From the human T2T-CHM13v2.0 reference genome, Homo sapiens, in NCBI RefSeq assembly GCF_009914755.1, contig NC_060935.1: a stretch of 64,000 nt of DNA, one strand, 5' to 3'. Under the pieces are notes generated by a model that was given only the letters and a program-made list of their open reading frames with translations, was not told the DNA's origin and searched no databases. Every line of letters begins with the position of its first letter. Position 1 is the stretch's first letter. A program made the position numbers and the translations under genes. Below are positions 57,149 through 64,000 of this stretch, in pieces.

Positions 57149-60111
57149 TCACCAAAGAAAATATACAGATGGCAAGTAAGCAAATAAAAATATGTTCAAC
57201 ATCATACGTCATTAGGGTGTTACAAATTAAAACAATAATGAGATACCACTATACATCTATTAGAATGACCAAAATCCAACACAATGACAACATCAAATCC
57301 TGTGGAGGATGTGGAACAACAGGAACTCTAATTGTTGCTGGTGGAAATGCAAAATGGTAAAGCTGCTTTGGAAGACAGTTTGGCAGTTAAATCTAAATAT
57401 ACTATTGCCATATGATCCAGCAATTGTGCTCTTTGGTATTTACCCAAATGAACTAAAAATTTTATGTCCACCCAAAAACCTGCACATGGACGTTTATAGC
57501 AGCTTTATTCATAATTGCCAAAACTCAGAAGTAACCAAGATATCCTTCCGTAAGTGAGTGGATAAACTGTGGTACTTTCAGACAATCAGATGTCATTCAG
57601 TGCTAAAAAAGAAATGAGCTATTAAGTCATGAAAATACAGAGAGGAAACTTAAATGCATATTACTAAGTGAAAGAAGCCAATCTGGAAAAGCTACATACT
57701 GTATGATTCCAATTCTATGACATTCAGGAAAAGGCAAAACTGTGGAGATAGAAAAGATTAGTGGTTGGGAAGAACAAGGGATGAATAAGAAGAGCACAGA
57801 GGATTTCTGGGCCAGTGAAACTATTTCATATGATACTACAATGGTGGATACATCTCATTATACATTTGTCAAAACCCATAAGATGTATAATACCAGGAGA
57901 GCAGCATAATGTAAACTGTGGACTTTGCAGGATAATGATATGTTAATATAGGCTCATTGATTGTAACAAATGTATCATTCTGATATAGGATGTTGATAGT
58001 GAGGGAGACTGTGTGTGTGTATGTGTGTGTAGGGGTGAAGGGACAGGGAATATGTGGGATAACCCTGTACTTTCCACTCAGTTTTGCTGTGAACCTAAAA
58101 GTGCTCTAAGAAAATAAAATTTATTAATGTTTTTTTAAAAAATGAAGTTGGATCCCTACTCTATCATATTAAAAAATAAACTCCAAATGGATTGAAGACC
58201 TAAATGTGAAAGGGAAAATTATAAAGCTAATGAAAGAAAATATTGGAGAATATCTATATGATCTCAGTTTCTTTAGGCAAGATCATAAAAGTGCAAGCCA
58301 TAGGAGATAAGTTGATGAATTTGACTAGAAGAAAGTTATTTCTGCTAAATGAAGAATTCCAAAGGTAAGACTAACCTCTGGGTGCCAGAAAGGAAAAGAT
58401 ATTTGTAGATGTTGAGGTATTCATGTCTAGAAAATCCCCCAAAACAGCAAGAAAAAGACAATAAAATCCACTGGCAAAGATTTTGAATAGACAATTTGCA
58501 GAAAGGCAAACCTGATAAATTTGTGAAGATGATCAAATGTAGTAACATTAAAATAAGATACTACATTATAAGCATCAGATTGGAAACAGTTAGAAAATCC
58601 AGTAATAACAAGTACTGGTGAGGATATGGAGGAAATTAGGAACACTAGTACATGGCTGATAGAATAAAAGGTATAGCTATTCTGCAGTACTTAGTGAAAT
58701 TAATATGACTATACCCACAACTTAGCAATCCTACTACATTATCAATCTTGCTGAGAAACTCTGATCACAAGTACAGCAGCATGAGGTTCTTCATTACATC
58801 AATATTTGTGGAGACAAGGAACTGGAAGTCAACTAAGTGCCCCTCACTGGAAGAATGGTTACATAAAATGTGATCTATGCATGCAATGGAATACTAGGCA
58901 ACAGTCATAAACAAATTACATTTACATGTAGTAACAATGATATAGCTCAAAAGTGTAAAGTTGAATGAAAGAACCATTAAAACACAAAACAATTCTAAAT
59001 AACACACACACACTCAGAACAACACAAATACTTAGGAGTGAATGCTAAGTAGAGGAGGAAAAATGGAAGTAGGATAAAAAGTATAAAGATAAAAAGTAAT
59101 AGAAAATGGTCTTTGCTTTGTCCAGTGATAAAATTATATGATAAACTATGGAGTTTGAGGTACTTCATTCCTTTTGTCTGTTGTCCTAAAAAGAAAAGGA
59201 ATTTTTAAAAGTAAAATAAATACAATATAGGTATAATAATTTAATAAGATTGTGTTTTGAAGATTAAGTCAGATAAAGCACTTAACTTAGTGCCTAGAAC
59301 ATATTAAACACTCAATGAATGTTATCTAGTAATGCTATCAACACTATTCATGATACAGCTACTACCAATCTATTGGAGTTGGCACTTAAAACCAATTGGA
59401 TTTAGATTACTTTCTCCCAAAAGATCCTTTCAGGTCTAATATACTATAGTTCTGCAAGAGGGATAGGGAAATACCACAGGAGGCCCAGAAGCAACAGGCA
59501 GGAGAAGAGATGGAACATCCTTGGGGAATGGGAAAGGCTACCATCTTGTTTGTAGCATCATAGGAAACTTTGATGGTTAATTTGGGAGAATACTGATTAG
59601 TAAATACAATGCACAGATTAAGGAAGTAGGAACTGCGCTAGTAAAAAGTGCTATGAAGCTGGGATACTTTATATACTTTGCTATACTTCCTCCAAAAGGG
59701 TGTTTTAACATTTTAAGTTATAAAATTGTAGCTGAGTTATGAAGTTTTGCTATGCAGTGTTTGATTTGGATTACCCCTCCCCCATCCTCCTTCTTCCCCA
59801 AAGTGGGACACAGGTCGTTCTATTGAAATAAGCAAGATCATCACCTAGTGGTTAATTCCTCAAAGTGCTGACACAAGATTTGGTCCCAGAGAGCAAAGAT
59901 GTGCCCAGTCTGCGTCCTCATACAATGTTAATTCATTCAACAAGCGTTGACTGGGACTTTATGCCAAGCACTATTCTGGTGCCTGGGGATACAGAGTTGC
60001 TAACATAAAATGATAAGTTTAAAAATAAAGTTAAGGAAGTACCAACTTAGAAGCTTAAGCGCCCTCTCAAAATGATGTTGCATGTATTTATTTCCCACTG
60101 GTTTTCCGTAG

Positions 60112-60245
60112 ATCATAGACGAAGAAGAAACTCAGTTTATGAGCAATTGCCCTGTTGCAGTCACTGAAAGCACTCCACGGAGGAGGACCCGGATCCAGGT
60201 GTTTTGGATAGCACCACCAGCGGGAACAGGCTGCGTGATTCTGAA
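60112..60245 (+). CDS. SPON1: SPON1 internal coding exon, probably exon 3; reeler domain; 134 nt, phase 0 to phase 2
   Basis: Acceptor tttcccactggttttccgtAG (AG 60110-60111) and donor GAA|GTAAGT (GT 60246-60247). Translates as IIDEEETQFMSNCPVAVTESTPRRRTRIQVFWIAPPAGTGCVIL(K), the direct continuation of ...HAGTFQ from the previous exon. Confidence 0.96.
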
Positions 60246-61700
60246 GTAAGTAAACATGGAATCCTTCCCTGCAGTTTATCAAAGACTTTGTGGTGTGATT
60301 GCAGGGAAAAAAAAAAAAGTTCTTTACTGAGCATCAGAAAGTTGCATCATCTCTCTGCCCTCCCTTATCTGAATTCTCAATAGCACCATAGACTATCATT
60401 GGTGAAGTGTTCCATAAAGATTCATTTGCTAGAATCTCTATTTTCATCAAATAGGATGATTCTCCTGGCCACCCTGTCCTACCAGAGATAATTATATTAG
60501 GGCTGGTTAAGAAAAATTACAAACCAGGTGAAGATAATCTTTGACTTTTTCCACCTGGAATTTAACACTTTTTCTTTTCTCGGAACATACAGCACCTAGA
60601 ATCCTTAAACACTGCTTAGGCTGCCCCGAGACCCACATGTGACCTCCATTAGCCCTGAGCTCCACTTTATGATGCTATCTTCTTCTTTGCCCATCAAAAT
60701 GGCCCTCTGGTGCCACTTCCTATCTGGCCTCCTGACCTCCTTTCAGTGAGTTATAATAGGTGATAAAAGGTATTAACCAGCCAAAGGAGTTTTCCTCTGG
60801 AAGGTAGCATTATCTCAAACCTGTTTCTCCAAACTTATGTGCCACAGAATGATGGTTTGGGAAATGGAAATAGATGGGCAGGAAAATGATTTCTGTGGTC
60901 AAATGTTTGCAAAATGCTGTGTACTAGATACCCTTCTTACAGATTCATAATACTAGCATAATGAAGGTTTTGCAAAGTCCTGGCGAAAAAAAAAAAATCT
61001 GTTTAATTTGGTTTCACCCAGTATTTATGGTGACATCTATTAACATTCACAGTTTGGTGAAACATAGGCATAATCTATTTTAAATAGGTTTGAAGTCCTA
61101 TATGGAATGATGCTGAGAATGTTAGGATTTCATACCAGCAAATTAGTCATGGGTAGATGGAGAGGGTTCCAGTCCTAGCATCCAAGAAGTCACTTTTTTT
61201 TAATGGAAGTAGGCACTGAGACCTTCCCAACAGCCTTTCTCTTTTTTAAATCCTCGAAGGTCTTATTTATGTATTTGGTTCATTTGTCAAATATAGTCAT
61301 TTTGACAGACTTAACAACTGTGGTTAACTCCAGCCCACCCCTGAGGAGATCCCGATAAGAAAGCCCACCTAGGCATCGCAATACCTGCAGTTCTTAGACT
61401 TCCACTGTGCTTGGCTTATGGAAAAAACCCCACAGAATCTCTGAAGCATCTGTCCATTGTCCAGACTCACCCGTCATTGTCTGGCCTCCCTTTGCCGCCA
61501 TCTGTCTGGACATTATTTGTTTCTTTCTTAGTTTAATGCAAGCTGAGCATCCTTCCTCAGATTCCTTGAGCAGTTTGGCTCTTGGCATTAATCTACACTG
61601 GTCATTAAGAAAAAATCAGAATTTTAAAAGATGAAATCATATCTATAAATGTCAATATATAACATGTCTATAGTATCTAGTTAAAATGTGGGAGATGGCC

Positions 61701-62100
61701 TTGTGGAAATGAACAAAGACCCCTGAAATGAGAACAGAGACTGTGTGTTCAGAGCCTGTTGTATAACAAGGGAGTCAGCTGCCATTACTAGCATTTGGCA
61801 GAGTCTCAAAGACAGGCAGAGGACTGGGAAAGCCTTCTAGTGAAAACAAGAGAAGACTGATTGGAGGTTCCTTGGCATGAGGAAGCTGGAGGCAGGCTAA
61901 CTACAAGTGGAGCATCTTATGTGATTGGTTTGGAGGGCATATTTGGCTTCCTCTGGTTAGTTCTGAGTTGAAAGTTGGGGAGGTGGTGAGGGCAAAAAAT
62001 AGAGCAGTTGACAGTTCCTTGGACAAATGCTGATTTTCTGTGTCAATTGCTGGGGCCCAGAGACTAGGGGTCAGAGTACTATGGTCACTGTGATAAATAA
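61701..62100. mobile_element. Probable old ERV solo LTR, family unassigned
   Basis: Starts with TG, has LTR-like composition (ctgattgg, gtgattggtttgg) and cctt on both flanks. Confidence 0.4.
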
Positions 62101-62921
62101 CCTTGCTATTGTCTGTTAGTATTTTCACTCTTAGCCCAGAGACTGGGTTCCCAGCTTGGCCCTCAGTGCCCATCCCACTACCCATGACAGCCCAATGGCT
62201 CCACAGAGCCTGGAGCTCTAAAGAAGATGGGCTGAAAATGTCAGATCTATGTGAGGAGCCTTCCTGCTCTAAAAGCTCTCATCCCTCTGGCCCAGATCTC
62301 TGGTTTTCTTTGATTTATTGTTCTTACAACCCAGAAGCATTAGATCTTTTTGGTGGAAGCCAGAAAGGCATCTCTTGTTTACCCATTAACAATCAACGTT
62401 ATGTGTACATATGTTTATCCATTAACATGTATGGCTTATTCATTTGCTCATTCTTCCAACAAATGCAACTGAGCTTCTATTAGCCCAGGCATCCAGGATA
62501 TACACAATGGAGGTATATTCTTGACCCTGGAGGTTCTTACAAGTCAAATAAGGGAGAGAGAAAAAGTCAACCAATGCTTTCTGTGTACCAAGAACTCAGC
62601 ACACATCTAGCAGGCTTTGTCTAATTTGATCTTCACAGAAAACGACTCCCATTTTACAGAGGAGGAGACAGGCCCTGGGGATATTAGGCAAGTTTTTTAA
62701 AGTCATGAATCCATGTAATATTAAAGTCCATGTTCTGCCTTTCTTTTATTTATTTTTTCTCTGAAGGAATCATATATAAGCTACAACTATTTATTAAATA
62801 AATAGTAATTGTATGGGCAGGACATAAATGCATTCACCTCGTAAAATTTCAAACAATACAAAAAGTAGTAAAATACAGAAAAATACAGAATAAAGAAAAA
62901 GTTAAAGATCCATGACATCTT

Positions 62922-63242
<321 letters not shown>

Positions 63243-63879
63243 TCAATTCCAGTTTTCTACACAAAGGCAATAATAGAATCAATTTGGTTTGTATGCTTTA
63301 GACTTATCTCTGCTTTTACATTCACGAAGGTAATCATAAAAGCACATAGTTTCATTCCTGTGGGAATTTAAGGTTACACAAATGGTATCATGTTATGTCC
63401 TGAACTTGAATGGTTTTTCACTAAATAAGATGTATTAGAGATATGTCTGGGTCAGTACATACAAAGCTACCTCTTTTTGTTTTTTAACTGCTGCATGTCT
63501 ATGGTATGGATGTTAATTATTCCAAAGTTAGTGGACATTTAGATTGTTTCTGGTGTCTTACTATGACAAATAATGTTATGATGAATATCCTGAAACTTGC
63601 CTATTGAGCAAATTTCCAAGTTTTTATCCACAGTAGATGCCAAGAAATGGGATCATAAGGGATGCACATTTATAATTTTATTAGATGCTGCCAGATTTTT
63701 CTCCAGAAAGCTTGCCAACTTAAACACTCTCCCTGACTGTGAACAAGAGAGCCTAAATCTTTACTTGCTCAATGGCACTTGGTATTATCAATCTTTAAGA
63801 TTCATAAAGATTGTGTGAATGGCCCATTCATATTCTTGTCCATTTTTTAATAATCTGTCTTTTAAAAATTGATTTACAC

Positions 63880-64000
63880 GGCCGGGCGTGGTGGCTCTTG
63901 CTTGTAATCCCAGCACTTTGGGAGGCCGAGCCGAGAGGGGGGCAGATCGCCTGAGGTCGGGAGTTCGAGACCAGCCTGGCCAACATGGTGAAACCCCCGT
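63880..64000 (+). mobile_element. AluS (Sq/Sp-like) left arm, cut by the window end
   Basis: ggccgggcgtggtggctc...gaggtcgggagttcgagacc; small insertion ccgagaggg after gaggccgag. Confidence 0.92.

Noticed and set aside
59838-59856. CTCF-like CCACTAGGTGATG (minus strand) near exon 3
   Set aside because: Mismatches in the conserved GGC part of the core; not supportable without ChIP data.

Overview
Primate (very probably human) genomic DNA from inside the SPON1 (F-spondin) gene on the + strand. Two short coding exons of the N-terminal reeler domain are present: 1441-1547 (VTLSAAPPSYFRGFTLIALRENREGDKEEDHAGTFQ) and 60112-60245 (IIDEEETQFMSNCPVAVTESTPRRRTRIQVFWIAPPAGTGCVILK). They are joined in frame across a 58,564-nt phase-0 intron, and the ORF track misses both. 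Much of the rest is interspersed repeats: a full-length, mutated L1PA6/7-type LINE-1 antisense to the gene (about 5179-11608, with TSD), older L1M/L2/MIR fragments, about 11 Alu/FLAM copies, MaLR/ERV solo LTRs and DNA-transposon fossils, several of them nested. Most ORF-track entries are repeat-derived or spurious. I found no RNA genes, CRISPR arrays or new protein-coding system. The best leads are an open ORF0-like frame in the L1 antisense-promoter region with a phase-0 donor compatible with SPON1 exon 3, a micro-inversion inside L1 ORF2, a perfect 19-bp duplication that doubles an ETS motif and a splice donor, inverted Alus bracketing the two exons, and several motif clusters in unique sequence. 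Gene and repeat names come from recalled consensus sequences, not database searches; subfamily calls and old-repeat boundaries are approximate.
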